Positions 8,534-18,307 of a stretch of 64,000 nt of DNA are shown in pieces. Below the pieces are notes generated by a model. The model saw only the letters and a list, made by a program, of their open reading frames with translations, was not told the DNA's origin and did no database searches. The first letter of the stretch is position 1; each line of letters starts with the position of its first letter. Source of the stretch: Firmicutes bacterium CAG:460 (GTDB taxonomy: Bacteria > Bacteroidota > Bacteroidia > Bacteroidales > UBA932); assembly GCA_963624185.1 (NCBI GenBank), contig CAVFNP010000001.1, forward strand, positions 48,491-112,490, written 5' to 3'. Both the position numbers and the translations under genes were made by a program.

Positions 8534-10762
8534 GTGAAAGTGAGAACAGTCAGGTTCAATATAATTCTGTTTTTCGCTCTTCTCCTGAGTTGGGCTGGGG
8601 GCGCTTCTCTTATGGGAGCGGGGCTCTCCGATGATGTGGTGTTGGAGAACGCCACCATGCGTCTGTGCCTGTCTTCAGAAGGCTATGCCGTGAGCCTGAA
8701 AGATAAAGTCTCCGGACAGGAGTGCCTGGATACCGTATCTGCGCATCTTCCTTTGTGCACTCTAACGCAGAACAGACCCTACGATAACGAGAATTTCCTG
8801 ATGTTCCCGGCAAGGCCTACGGTGTTCCCTTCGAACAGGATTTCCTATGACGGGAGTTCCCTTTTAGTGGAATTTGAAAACACTGCGGACATCGCTGTCA
8901 TAGGAGTTGATATAAAAGATGATTATATAGCCTTCTCTCTGGACAGGATAGATTACCGTTTGGAGAAAATAGGCGTCAAGCGCAGAACCGAGATTGACGC
9001 CCTTACTTTTCTTCAACTCCCTGTCCTTCGTCGCGAGCACGTCGGTGAATGGCTCAACACTACATGGGATTCTAAGAGCGGAGTGTGTCTTATGGGTGTC
9101 AATCCTCAGACCAGGATAGATTCCTATACGGACAGGGCCGGCCTTGTCCTGTGGGCAGGCGCAGACGTCAATGTTTCGCTTACAGGTACGGCTGCCTCTC
9201 TTGTCGTGGCATCCGGCGACGATATGCTCTCCCGTATAGATAAAGTGGAGAAAGATTACGGCCTTCCCCGCGGAGTGCAGAGCCGTCGCAGCGAGAAGTA
9301 CCGCTGTTCATATTATGAACTTCGTGACGTTACGACCGCCAATATAGACGAGCATATCAAAAACGCTCTTGCAGGAGGATTCAAGACCATAGTCATATAT
9401 TACCCTGATTTTGCTTACACCTGCGGACAGTTCCTCTGGAACGAGAATTTCCCCGGGGAAATAGATGATCTTAAAGAGATTACATCCAAAATTAGGCGCG
9501 CAGGCCTTATCCCCGGATTCCATATCCATTACTCGAAGGTGTCCATCGATGACCCGTACATCTGTTCGGGAGTGCCGGATTCCAGAATGAACTATCCTGT
9601 GACTCTGCTCCTGGGCTCTGACATTTCAGCCGACGACACGCAGTTGGAGGTGGACGGCTTCGTTCAGGGGCTTTATACTGAAGACGAGAGACGTATTGTC
9701 CGCGTAGGCGACGAACTTATAGAGTATGGCTCATTTACCACTCAGCGCCCGTTTCTTCTCAAGGACTGCAAAAGGGCGGTGCTCGGAACCTCGGCTGCAG
9801 ACCATAAGGCAGGTTCTGTCGTAAGACTTCTTGACGTGGATACTTGGCCGAGGTTCGTAAGAATTGATCAGAATACCGGTTTGCAGGATGAAATCGCGCA
9901 GAACATAGCCGATATCTATAGCGCTGCCGGTTTTGAGTTCGTATACTTCGATGGTGCGGAGGATGTTCCTCAGCCATATTGGTATAATGTGTCGAAGGCA
10001 CAGATGAGCGTGTATGAGAAGCTCTCGCCTGCGCCGCTTTTCAGTGAAGGTGCGCTCAAATCGCATTTCGGTTGGCATATCCTTACCCGCGGCAATGCCT
10101 TTGACCTGTTCCGTCCCGAGGATATACGCACAGCCATGAAGCGATATACTCTTGCCTGTGCCGGCAGGATAGCGGACGATTTCACTTCCGTCAATTTCGG
10201 TTGGGCGGATTATCTCGCTCCAAGCGAAGGCACCATAGGCATGCAGCCTGACATGTACGAATATATATTCAGCAAGGCTCTTGCGTGGGACAGCCCTGTA
10301 TCTGTCATGGGTAAATTGGATCAGATACGCTCCCATCCGCGCACAAAAGATAATTTCGAGGTGATGAGGCGCTGGGAGGCGGCAAAGCTCACCGGCGTGT
10401 TCACTCAGCAGCAGAAGGAGATGATGAAAGACCCAGACAGAGAGTATGTCCTGCTTTATGAAAAGGGGAAGCCGTGTCTGTATGAGTATGAATTGGCCAT
10501 AGAGAGTGACTCCATCAGGGCTTTCTCATTTATAAGAAATGGCAAGAATTGTCTGGTTTATTGGGCTCCGGGCCGAGCCGACAGAAGCGAGATCCTGCTG
10601 CCTTATGAATTGGCCCGAAAGCATATACGCCTGACGGATATCAACGGGAAGACTGTAAAGATGTCAAGGAAAGGTGACAATGCTATTATTCCGCTGGGGG
10701 AGAGAAGAATCATCGAGACGGATCTCGGTAAAGAAGAATTGATTAGATTGCTTACAGAATAA
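8534..10762 (+). CDS. Exported protein of unknown function (candidate glycoside hydrolase because of its PUL context)
   Basis: 742-aa ORF with a GTG start abutting the GH20 stop. The N-terminus is hydrophobic (VRFNIILFFALLLSWAGGASLMG). I recognised no family motif. It is packed tightly between CAZyme-context genes. Confidence 0.5.
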   Translation: MKVRTVRFNIILFFALLLSWAGGASLMGAGLSDDVVLENATMRLCLSSEGYAVSLKDKVSGQECLDTVSAHLPLCTLTQNRPYDNENFLMFPARPTVFPSNRISYDGSSLLVEFENTADIAVIGVDIKDDYIAFSLDRIDYRLEKIGVKRRTEIDALTFLQLPVLRREHVGEWLNTTWDSKSGVCLMGVNPQTRIDSYTDRAGLVLWAGADVNVSLTGTAASLVVASGDDMLSRIDKVEKDYGLPRGVQSRRSEKYRCSYYELRDVTTANIDEHIKNALAGGFKTIVIYYPDFAYTCGQFLWNENFPGEIDDLKEITSKIRRAGLIPGFHIHYSKVSIDDPYICSGVPDSRMNYPVTLLLGSDISADDTQLEVDGFVQGLYTEDERRIVRVGDELIEYGSFTTQRPFLLKDCKRAVLGTSAADHKAGSVVRLLDVDTWPRFVRIDQNTGLQDEIAQNIADIYSAAGFEFVYFDGAEDVPQPYWYNVSKAQMSVYEKLSPAPLFSEGALKSHFGWHILTRGNAFDLFRPEDIRTAMKRYTLACAGRIADDFTSVNFGWADYLAPSEGTIGMQPDMYEYIFSKALAWDSPVSVMGKLDQIRSHPRTKDNFEVMRRWEAAKLTGVFTQQQKEMMKDPDREYVLLYEKGKPCLYEYELAIESDSIRAFSFIRNGKNCLVYWAPGRADRSEILLPYELARKHIRLTDINGKTVKMSRKGDNAIIPLGERRIIETDLGKEELIRLLTE

Positions 10763-10780
10763 ACAAAACTATCGACTATA

Positions 10781-12796
10781 ATGAAAAAAATCGCATCACT
10801 TGTATTAGCCATTGCGTTTTCAAGCGTGTTAGCTCTTAACGCTCAGCCGCTTGCAGACGACATAGTGATTAAGAACGATCACGTGGAGTTAAGGTGGGGA
10901 GGCTCGCCTAAGAATTATTTCTTCCGTTATTTCTATTTTGACGGGGTGAACATCCTTCCAAGTTCTGGAAGTACCGCCCATCCTTGGGAGGTCACGCTGC
11001 TTGGCCCTAAGGGCGAAACTCCTGTACTTCAGCCTAAATTCACAGATTACCTGGGCGGACATATGGAGGTAAAGGACGGAAAGCAGGTGGCTACCTTCTC
11101 TTGGAATCTCGTGCTGGAAGACAGCCGCTGGCCATTGACCATTCATATCGCGCTTGGGCCGGACGATGAGATGCCGCGCTGGACTATGGAAGCGGAACTT
11201 CCTAAGGGTTGGATTCTCACTCAGGCAGATTATCCACGCATCTCGGTAAAGCGTCTGGATGGCGAGGCTAAGGGAATACTTCCTTATGGCTATGGAGTCG
11301 AGTATGATATGCCTACATCAGATCAGCTTCGTTCCTGCTATCCTTCGGCTACAGGTATGATGCAGATGGTTATGATGCATAACGGGCAGTCTACCGTTTA
11401 TTTTGCCGCAGATGACCGCGAAGGTTGCAACAAGTATCTCGGAATGCGTGGAAGCAACGATCAGGTTACTTTCTATCAGGAAGTCACCACATCTTATGAG
11501 TGGAGCGAGGACGGACATTTCTCTATTCCATGGGGCGTCGAGATGGGATACAATCCGCAGAATTGGCAGAAAACGGTTACCAAATGGTATCGTCCGTTCT
11601 CATTTACCTGCAAATGGGGAGAAAAGACTCTCGCGCAGAGAAAGATCGCTCCTTGGATAAAGAACGCTGACCTTTGGCTTCGTCCTATTGACGTAACTCC
11701 GGATATGCTCGCATCTCTGGACAAGGCATTGGATTATTATGGCAAGGGTGTTGGCCTTCACTGGTATTTCTGGCAGCATCTGCCGTACGACACCAATTAT
11801 CCTGATTATTTCCCTGCCAAGGACGGCTTTAAAGAGGCTATAGAGAATGCTCAGAAGAAAGGAGCAAGAGTTACTCCTTATATCAACGGACGTCTGTGGG
11901 ACCCTGCAAATCATACTTATGACGAGTTGAACGGAAAAGACGCGTCTTGCCGCCAGAAGGATGGTTCGCTATATACTGAAGTGTACAGTTCCAAAGTGGC
12001 CAATACCGTGACCTGTCCTTCGTCGCCTATATGGCAGAAAATTATGTATGATACGAACGCAAGAATCCTATCAGAACTTGGCACGGACGGTGTGTATATG
12101 GACCAGATAGGATGCGCTGCCAGCCAGCCTTGCTATGCTACGAATCACCCTCACGCCCTGGGCGGCGGTTCTTGGTGGCCTGCGTCATATCGCCAGATGC
12201 TCACCGACATCCGCGAAGGCCTGTACAAGGGCAAGAACTTGTCTTTGAGCACGGAAGAGAACGTGGAATGTTATATGGATCTGTTCGATATGATGCTGGT
12301 GGTGAATTCTCCACACAATCCTAAGACTCATATGATTCCGCTTTTCCCTGTCGTTTATTCTGACAGATGCGTTTATAGTGGATTCACATACGTGCCTTGG
12401 AAGCTTAACGACGGTTCATTCAATTATATCACTATGAAGTCTCTGCTGTGGGGCTCGCAGCTCGGATGGGTAAGTCCTGAACTTCTTATGAGGGACGGCA
12501 ACAAGAACGAACAGGTGTTCCTTAAGAATCTTGCCGAATTCAGAAAGAAAAACCACGACATCTTCTTCGGCGGCAATTTTATGGATGAATTCGCTCCTCA
12601 GGGTGACAACCCGGTCGTAGATATTCCTAATTATCAGAAGACCAACGTGGTGATGGGTGCCGAGTGGAAGAGCGTGAAGGGCAAGACAGCATATGTTCTG
12701 GCCAATATGAGCACACAGGACAGGGTGGTACTTGCTCCTGACGGAAAGAGTGTAACCGTGCCGGCTCTTGGTGCAGTCCGGGTTAATGTTAAATAG
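10781..12796 (+). CDS. Exported protein of unknown function (possibly DUF6259-type; name from memory, unverified)
   Basis: 671-aa ORF with signal peptide MKKIASLVLAIAFSSVLALNAQP. It contains a conserved-looking block GVYMDQIGCAASQPCYATNHPHALGGGSWW. The 18-nt spacing to the upstream gene suggests the same operon. Confidence 0.5.
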   Translation: MKKIASLVLAIAFSSVLALNAQPLADDIVIKNDHVELRWGGSPKNYFFRYFYFDGVNILPSSGSTAHPWEVTLLGPKGETPVLQPKFTDYLGGHMEVKDGKQVATFSWNLVLEDSRWPLTIHIALGPDDEMPRWTMEAELPKGWILTQADYPRISVKRLDGEAKGILPYGYGVEYDMPTSDQLRSCYPSATGMMQMVMMHNGQSTVYFAADDREGCNKYLGMRGSNDQVTFYQEVTTSYEWSEDGHFSIPWGVEMGYNPQNWQKTVTKWYRPFSFTCKWGEKTLAQRKIAPWIKNADLWLRPIDVTPDMLASLDKALDYYGKGVGLHWYFWQHLPYDTNYPDYFPAKDGFKEAIENAQKKGARVTPYINGRLWDPANHTYDELNGKDASCRQKDGSLYTEVYSSKVANTVTCPSSPIWQKIMYDTNARILSELGTDGVYMDQIGCAASQPCYATNHPHALGGGSWWPASYRQMLTDIREGLYKGKNLSLSTEENVECYMDLFDMMLVVNSPHNPKTHMIPLFPVVYSDRCVYSGFTYVPWKLNDGSFNYITMKSLLWGSQLGWVSPELLMRDGNKNEQVFLKNLAEFRKKNHDIFFGGNFMDEFAPQGDNPVVDIPNYQKTNVVMGAEWKSVKGKTAYVLANMSTQDRVVLAPDGKSVTVPALGAVRVNVK

Positions 12797-12797
12797 A

Positions 12798-13979
12798 ATG
12801 AAAAAAATCAGACTTCTTTTTATAGTTATATTTTCTGCATTTCTGTTTGCTGGGTGTACTGAAAAGGCGCACGAGGTGCCGGATTGGAGAAAATATATAG
12901 ATGACGGCGGTAAAGTGGAACCGCCATCCGGAGAGGGCATCCCTTCGGACATGGTACTGCTTTATGGTGGCAGCCATCATCGCTCGCCATATAAATGGAG
13001 CGGAACATATCTGCAGGATTATGTTCTCTATAAGAACGCGTCGGGAGAGTATCATTATCTGTTTGACGGCTTCCTGTTCCTGGAATTCATGAATGTGGAG
13101 AACGGTACGGCGGAGAACAGGACGTATATTACAGGATATAAATATAATAACGTGGCTCTTCCATCCGCAAGAAAGGAGGATTGGCAGGCTTTGATAGATT
13201 ATTATTTTGAATCTGACGGCGGTGCTGATGCGCTCGAACAGGCTGTGGCTTGGGCTGTGAAAGAGTCCGGGCAGAGTCCTAAGACCAAAAGAAAAGTCGT
13301 AATCGGGATTCCTGAGCCTATAAAGAATGCCTCTTACAGCAACACTTCTTCGTCTACCGTTTATTGGGGTGCTTTGAATGGGGTCGATTTGGACTTTTCC
13401 AAGACTGCTGACCGTCTCAGTGCCTGCAAGTGGTATATAGACGAGATATCCAGCCGTTTCGCCGCGCGCAAATACACTTACATCGAACTTGCCGGTTTCT
13501 ATTGGGTGGCGGAAAAGGCTACCAATACCCGGGATCTGATGTCCGGAGTGGCAGAGTATCTGGATTCTAAAAACTTTAAGTTCAACTGGATACCTTACTA
13601 CACAGCGGACGGATTCTCGGAATGGAAGAGTTTCGGTTTCGACTGCGCTTATCTTCAGCCAAACTATTTCTTTAACACCTCTGTTCCCGACACGCGGCTT
13701 TCGGATGCTTGCACCCAGGCTTTGAAGTTCGGTATGGGTATGGAAATAGAATTTGACGGTAACGCTCTTGAAAAAAATGGCAGAGGTTATAAACTCCGTA
13801 ATTATATGGAGTATTTCAAGCGTTACGGCATATGGAAGTCTTCTCCGCTTGCTTACTATCAGGGCAGTTGGGCTCTCAAATGGCTTAAGGGCAGTTCTTC
13901 CGCTGCGGACCAGCAGCTTTACAACGATTTTTGCGAATTTGTAGTTACTCGCCCTTATAGAGACAGCTCCGGGAAGTAA
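12798..13979 (+). CDS. Lipoprotein of unknown function (possibly DUF4855-type; name from memory, unverified)
   Basis: ATG at 12798, 2 nt after the upstream stop. Lipoprotein signal MKKIRLLFIVIFSAFLFAGC. The longer ORF-track start at 12768 would overlap the upstream gene and lacks a signal peptide. Confidence 0.5.
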   Translation: MKKIRLLFIVIFSAFLFAGCTEKAHEVPDWRKYIDDGGKVEPPSGEGIPSDMVLLYGGSHHRSPYKWSGTYLQDYVLYKNASGEYHYLFDGFLFLEFMNVENGTAENRTYITGYKYNNVALPSARKEDWQALIDYYFESDGGADALEQAVAWAVKESGQSPKTKRKVVIGIPEPIKNASYSNTSSSTVYWGALNGVDLDFSKTADRLSACKWYIDEISSRFAARKYTYIELAGFYWVAEKATNTRDLMSGVAEYLDSKNFKFNWIPYYTADGFSEWKSFGFDCAYLQPNYFFNTSVPDTRLSDACTQALKFGMGMEIEFDGNALEKNGRGYKLRNYMEYFKRYGIWKSSPLAYYQGSWALKWLKGSSSAADQQLYNDFCEFVVTRPYRDSSGK

Positions 13980-14002
13980 GAGACATTAATAATTTAAATT
14001 AA

Positions 14003-15310
14003 ATGGCCAATAACAGTAAAAAAACTAATCTGAGTGCGATGATCATTCTCGCGGCGATGTTTTTCATCTTCGGCTTCGTGTCGTGGGTGAATTCGATTCT
14101 GATTCCGTATTTCAGAATCTCTTGCGAGCTGACTCATTTTGAATCTTATTTTGTCACATTTGCCTTTTATATAGCTTATTTCATTATGGCTATCCCGTCA
14201 AGTATCCTGCTTAAGAAGGTGGGATTCAAAAGCGGTATAATGATAGGCTTCATGATAATGGCTGCCGGTATGTTCGTGTTTGTTCCGGCAGCTATGGTAA
14301 GGGAGTTTGCGGTGTTTCTGCTTGGATTGTTCCTTATCGGGACGGGGCTGGCCATACTTCAGACTGCTGCCAATCCTTATGTCACCATCATAGGTCCTAT
14401 AGAGAGTGCCGCACAGAGGATAAGCATAATGGGAATCTGCAATAAATTGGCAGGTATAGTGTCTCCGCTGGTGTTCGCTGCGGTTATTCTCAGCCCGACG
14501 GACGGTGAACTGTTTGCGCTCATAGAGTCGGGAACGCTCTCGGATGTGGACAAGAATATTATTCTCGACGATCTTATCCGCCGTGTGATAGTGCCTTACA
14601 GTATCCTGGGTGCAGCCTTGTTGGTTTTCGGCCTGTTCATCAAGCACTCCAGCCTTCCTGAGATTGACACTGAAGAGAAGAATGCATCTGAAGATGAAGG
14701 AGAGTCCAGAAGAAGCGTGTTCTCGTATCCATATCTGGTGCTTGGCGCCATAGCTATTTTCTTTCACGTGGGAAGTCAGGTAGTGGCAATCGACACGGTA
14801 ATCAACTATGCTGATTCCATGGGTATCAATATGTTGGAAGCCAAAGTGTTCCCGTCGTATACTCTGACTTGCACCATGATAGGCTACATTCTGGGCATAT
14901 TCCTTATCCCCAAGGTCGTCTCACAGCGCCAGGCTTTGGTTTTCTGCTCTTGTCTGGGACTCATACTGTCGCTATGTGTGGTGTTTGTGGACTGTCCTGT
15001 AGTATTCTTTGGACACCATATTAATCTTTCACTGCTTTTCCTCTGTGCACTAGGATTTCCTAATGCCTTGATATACGCCTCTATCTGGCCGTTGTCAATA
15101 CATAATCTGGGTAAATTCACCAAAATAGGCTCGTCGCTTCTTATCATGGGCCTCTGCGGCAATGCCATTATGCCGCAGGTATATGGACTTATAGCTCGAG
15201 GAACGACCCTTAGAGCGGGATATTGGGTGCTGATTCCTTGCTTTTTGTATCTGATATTCTTCGCCCTCAAAGGTTACAAGATCAATTATTGGACTAAACA
15301 GAGTAAGTAA
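14003..15310 (+). CDS. MFS sugar:H+ symporter of the FucP/GluP/NagP type (likely hexosamine or hexose importer)
   Basis: 435 aa with about 12 hydrophobic segments. The N-terminal pattern FFIFGFVSWVNSILIPYF...LQTAANPYV is typical of glucose/galactose/fucose-family MFS permeases. It lies directly upstream of nagA. Confidence 0.85.
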   Translation: MANNSKKTNLSAMIILAAMFFIFGFVSWVNSILIPYFRISCELTHFESYFVTFAFYIAYFIMAIPSSILLKKVGFKSGIMIGFMIMAAGMFVFVPAAMVREFAVFLLGLFLIGTGLAILQTAANPYVTIIGPIESAAQRISIMGICNKLAGIVSPLVFAAVILSPTDGELFALIESGTLSDVDKNIILDDLIRRVIVPYSILGAALLVFGLFIKHSSLPEIDTEEKNASEDEGESRRSVFSYPYLVLGAIAIFFHVGSQVVAIDTVINYADSMGINMLEAKVFPSYTLTCTMIGYILGIFLIPKVVSQRQALVFCSCLGLILSLCVVFVDCPVVFFGHHINLSLLFLCALGFPNALIYASIWPLSIHNLGKFTKIGSSLLIMGLCGNAIMPQVYGLIARGTTLRAGYWVLIPCFLYLIFFALKGYKINYWTKQSK

Positions 15311-15312
15311 AA

Positions 15313-16512
15313 ATGGATAAACTGATAATAAAGGGGGGGAAATTGGTTTTTCCGGACAGGATAGAAAGCGGTCTTGCTCTGGTGTGCGACCGTTCCGAAG
15401 GAAAGATACTTGGTGTCGTCAGAGACTCTGATCTGAATGTCGAGAGCACAGACGAAGTCATCGATGCCGCAGGCTCTTACGTAAGTCCGGGATTTGTGGA
15501 TATTCACGTACACGGTGGCGGCGGATATGATTTTATGGACGGAACCATCGAAGCTTTTCTGGGTGCCAGCCGTATGCACGCCACGCACGGAACGACATCT
15601 ATGATTCCGACTACCGTGACCAGCACCGATGAAGATCTGTACGGGGTGTTCGATATATTCGAAAAAGCCTCTTCTCTCAATAAGGACGGCGCCGCTATGC
15701 TTGGCCTGCACCTGGAAGGACCTTATTTCAGCGCCGCGAAAAGCGGAGCGCAGGACCCCTCATATCTTAAGAATCCTACTCCAGAGCATTATATGCCAAT
15801 CCTTGAAGCCACTGACAAGATTATGCGCTGGAGTGTAGCGACTGAACTGCCTGGGGCTATGGCGTTCGGTGACGAACTCAGCAGGCGCGGTATTCTGCCG
15901 TCAATGGCGCATTCGGATGCTGTTTACGAAACGGTGGAAGAATCTGTACTCCACGGATATTCACATGTGACGCATCTGTATTGCGCGATGTCCACCATTG
16001 TTCGTAAAAATGCGTTTCGTTACGCCGGACTTCAGGAGGCGGCCTTCCTTTTGGACGACCTTACCGTGGAGATTATTGCGGACGGAGTGCATCTCCCTCG
16101 GCCACTTCTTCAATATGCTTTCAAGTTCAAGGGTGCGGATAAGACTGCGCTTTGCACTGATGCTATGCGAGCTGCCGGAATGCCGGACGGAACATATATC
16201 CTGGGCAGTCTGAAAAATGGTCAAAGCGTAATCGTGGAAGATGGGGTGGCCAAACTTCCGGACCGCAGTGCGTTTGCCGGCAGTGTCGCCACTACAGACA
16301 GGCTTGTCCGTACGATGGTGCAGGTGGCCGGCGTTTCTCTGGTGGATGCTGTGAAAATGATGACACTCACCCCGTCGCGAATAATGCGCATAGATGGTCG
16401 TAAAGGTTCGCTTCTGAGCGGAAAAGATGCTGATATAGTGATATTTGATGACAATATAGAAATCTTGGCCACCATTCGTGGCGGGAAAACCATATATAAA
16501 AAACATAATTGA
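15313..16512 (+). CDS. nagA: N-acetylglucosamine-6-phosphate deacetylase
   Basis: 399 aa. It has the amidohydrolase metal motif GFVDIHVHGGGGYDFMDG and the downstream HLEGP and ADGVH blocks typical of NagA. Confidence 0.9.
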   Translation: MDKLIIKGGKLVFPDRIESGLALVCDRSEGKILGVVRDSDLNVESTDEVIDAAGSYVSPGFVDIHVHGGGGYDFMDGTIEAFLGASRMHATHGTTSMIPTTVTSTDEDLYGVFDIFEKASSLNKDGAAMLGLHLEGPYFSAAKSGAQDPSYLKNPTPEHYMPILEATDKIMRWSVATELPGAMAFGDELSRRGILPSMAHSDAVYETVEESVLHGYSHVTHLYCAMSTIVRKNAFRYAGLQEAAFLLDDLTVEIIADGVHLPRPLLQYAFKFKGADKTALCTDAMRAAGMPDGTYILGSLKNGQSVIVEDGVAKLPDRSAFAGSVATTDRLVRTMVQVAGVSLVDAVKMMTLTPSRIMRIDGRKGSLLSGKDADIVIFDDNIEILATIRGGKTIYKKHN

Positions 16513-16522
16513 CTGATAAACA

Positions 16523-17281
16523 ATGAATGAATTTACAAAAGATCTGCTGAGGGTAAAGGTATATCCTACGACAGAGGAGATGGGCTTGGGTGCAGCAAAA
16601 GATGTGGCAGACAAAATTGTGGAGCTTCTTTCGACTAAAGAAGAAATCAATATGATATTCGCAGCTGCTCCGTCACAAAGCGCTTTTCTGGAGGCTCTTA
16701 TTGCTGACTCCAGGATTGAATGGAGCAGGATCAACGCTTTCCATATGGATGAATATATCGGTATTGATTTCTCACGCCCGCAAAGTTTTGCCAATTTCCT
16801 CTCACGAAGCATTTTCTCCAGAGTACCGTTTAAAAGCAGAAACTATATCAACGGTGCCGCAGAGAATCCGCAGGAGGAATGCAACAGATATGCACGCCTT
16901 TTGGAGGAGTTCCCTGTGGATATAGTGTGCCTTGGCATAGGGGAGAACGGTCATATAGCATTCAATGATCCGGATGTGGCGCTTTTCGATGATCCGCAGA
17001 TGGTCAAGATTGTAGCCATGGACCAGATTTGTCGTGGCCAACAGGTGAAGGAAGGATGTTTTCCGACGCTTGATGATGTCCCAAAACAGGCTATAACACT
17101 GACGGTTCCCGCTCTATGTCGAGCAGACTGGATGTTCTGCATAGTGCCGTTCATACACAAGGCTCCGGCTGTCAAGAGAATGCTGGACGGTGAAATTTCC
17201 GAGTCCTGTCCTGCATCTATTCTTCGGAAAAAAGAGAATTCTTGCTTATATTTGAATAAAGATAGTTCATCACTGCTTTAA
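16523..17281 (+). CDS. nagB: Glucosamine-6-phosphate deaminase / 6-phosphogluconolactonase-family protein
   Basis: 252 aa with the motif LGIGENGHIAFNDP and the preceding FHMDEY, as in NagB-family isomerase/deaminases. Adjacent to nagA. Confidence 0.8.
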   Translation: MNEFTKDLLRVKVYPTTEEMGLGAAKDVADKIVELLSTKEEINMIFAAAPSQSAFLEALIADSRIEWSRINAFHMDEYIGIDFSRPQSFANFLSRSIFSRVPFKSRNYINGAAENPQEECNRYARLLEEFPVDIVCLGIGENGHIAFNDPDVALFDDPQMVKIVAMDQICRGQQVKEGCFPTLDDVPKQAITLTVPALCRADWMFCIVPFIHKAPAVKRMLDGEISESCPASILRKKENSCLYLNKDSSSLL

Positions 17282-17287
17282 TCGTAT

Positions 17288-18307
17288 ATGAAACGTATTA
17301 TATTGTCATTTTTATTGTCGGGTATTCTTTCTCTCGGCACACTGCGAGCTCAGGATAATGTCATCAGGATAGGCATTATCGGACTGGACACATCGCATTC
17401 CACTGCTTTTACAGAACTTCTTAATTCGGAAGGTGATGACCCGTATGTAAAGCGTTTTGAAGTGGTAGCCGCATACCCGTATGGCTCAAAAACCATAGAG
17501 TCAAGTTATAAGAGAATCCCCGGTTATATAGAGGAAGTCAAGAAATATGGAGTGGTAATCACTGAGTCCATAGAGCAGCTGCTCGGCATGGTGGACTGTG
17601 TGCTTTTGGAAACTAATGACGGGCGTCTTCATCTGCAGCAGGCCGCTCAGGTTTTTGCGTCAGGAAAACCTGTTTATGTCGATAAACCTGCGGGAGCGAC
17701 TCTGGGTCAGGCGATAGCTCTGTATAAACTGGCAGAGCACTATGGCGTGAAGACCTTCTCCACTTCAGCTCTTCGTTTTTCTCCGCAGAACGTGAAGATA
17801 CGCGAGGGCGCTTATGGCCCTGTACTGGGTGCCGACTGTTATTCTCCGCATCACAGCGAAGCGACGCATCCGGACTTCGGATTCTATGGCATACACGGCG
17901 TGGAGACCCTTTACACGGTGATGGGTACGGGTTGTAAAGAAGTAAGCCGTGTCCATTCCGACTATGGAGACATCGTTTCCGGCGTATGGGAAGACGGAAG
18001 ACTGGGGACTTTCCGTGCGGTAAGTGTGGGACCTAACATATATGGTGGAACCATAGTGACAAAGGAAGGAACTGTTCCCTGTGGCGGTTATGAAGGCTAC
18101 AGGGTCCTGCTTAACGAGATTCTGGATTTCTTCCTTACCGGAGAACTTCCTGTTTCCGCTGAAGAGACCATAGAGATTTTCACTTTCATGAAAGCTTCGA
18201 ATATGAGTCTTGAAAGAGGCGGCAAGACCGTAAGCTTGTCCGAGGCATACAAACTGGGAGAGAAAGATGCTAAAAAACTGCTTTCCAAATATGGTGTCAA
18301 GCTTTAG
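17288..18307 (+). CDS. Exported Gfo/Idh/MocA-family oxidoreductase (Sec signal peptide)
   Basis: Signal peptide MKRIILSFLLSGILSLGTLRAQ, then a Rossmann start IRIGIIGLDTSHS. The family's EKP motif is replaced by VYVDKPAGATLGQA. Confidence 0.8.
   Translation: MKRIILSFLLSGILSLGTLRAQDNVIRIGIIGLDTSHSTAFTELLNSEGDDPYVKRFEVVAAYPYGSKTIESSYKRIPGYIEEVKKYGVVITESIEQLLGMVDCVLLETNDGRLHLQQAAQVFASGKPVYVDKPAGATLGQAIALYKLAEHYGVKTFSTSALRFSPQNVKIREGAYGPVLGADCYSPHHSEATHPDFGFYGIHGVETLYTVMGTGCKEVSRVHSDYGDIVSGVWEDGRLGTFRAVSVGPNIYGGTIVTKEGTVPCGGYEGYRVLLNEILDFFLTGELPVSAEETIEIFTFMKASNMSLERGGKTVSLSEAYKLGEKDAKKLLSKYGVKL

Noticed and set aside
15961-16812. 283-aa ORF on the minus strand spanning the nagA/nagB junction
   Set aside because: It is antisense to two motif-supported genes and crosses their intergenic spacer. 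No start context or domain is visible.
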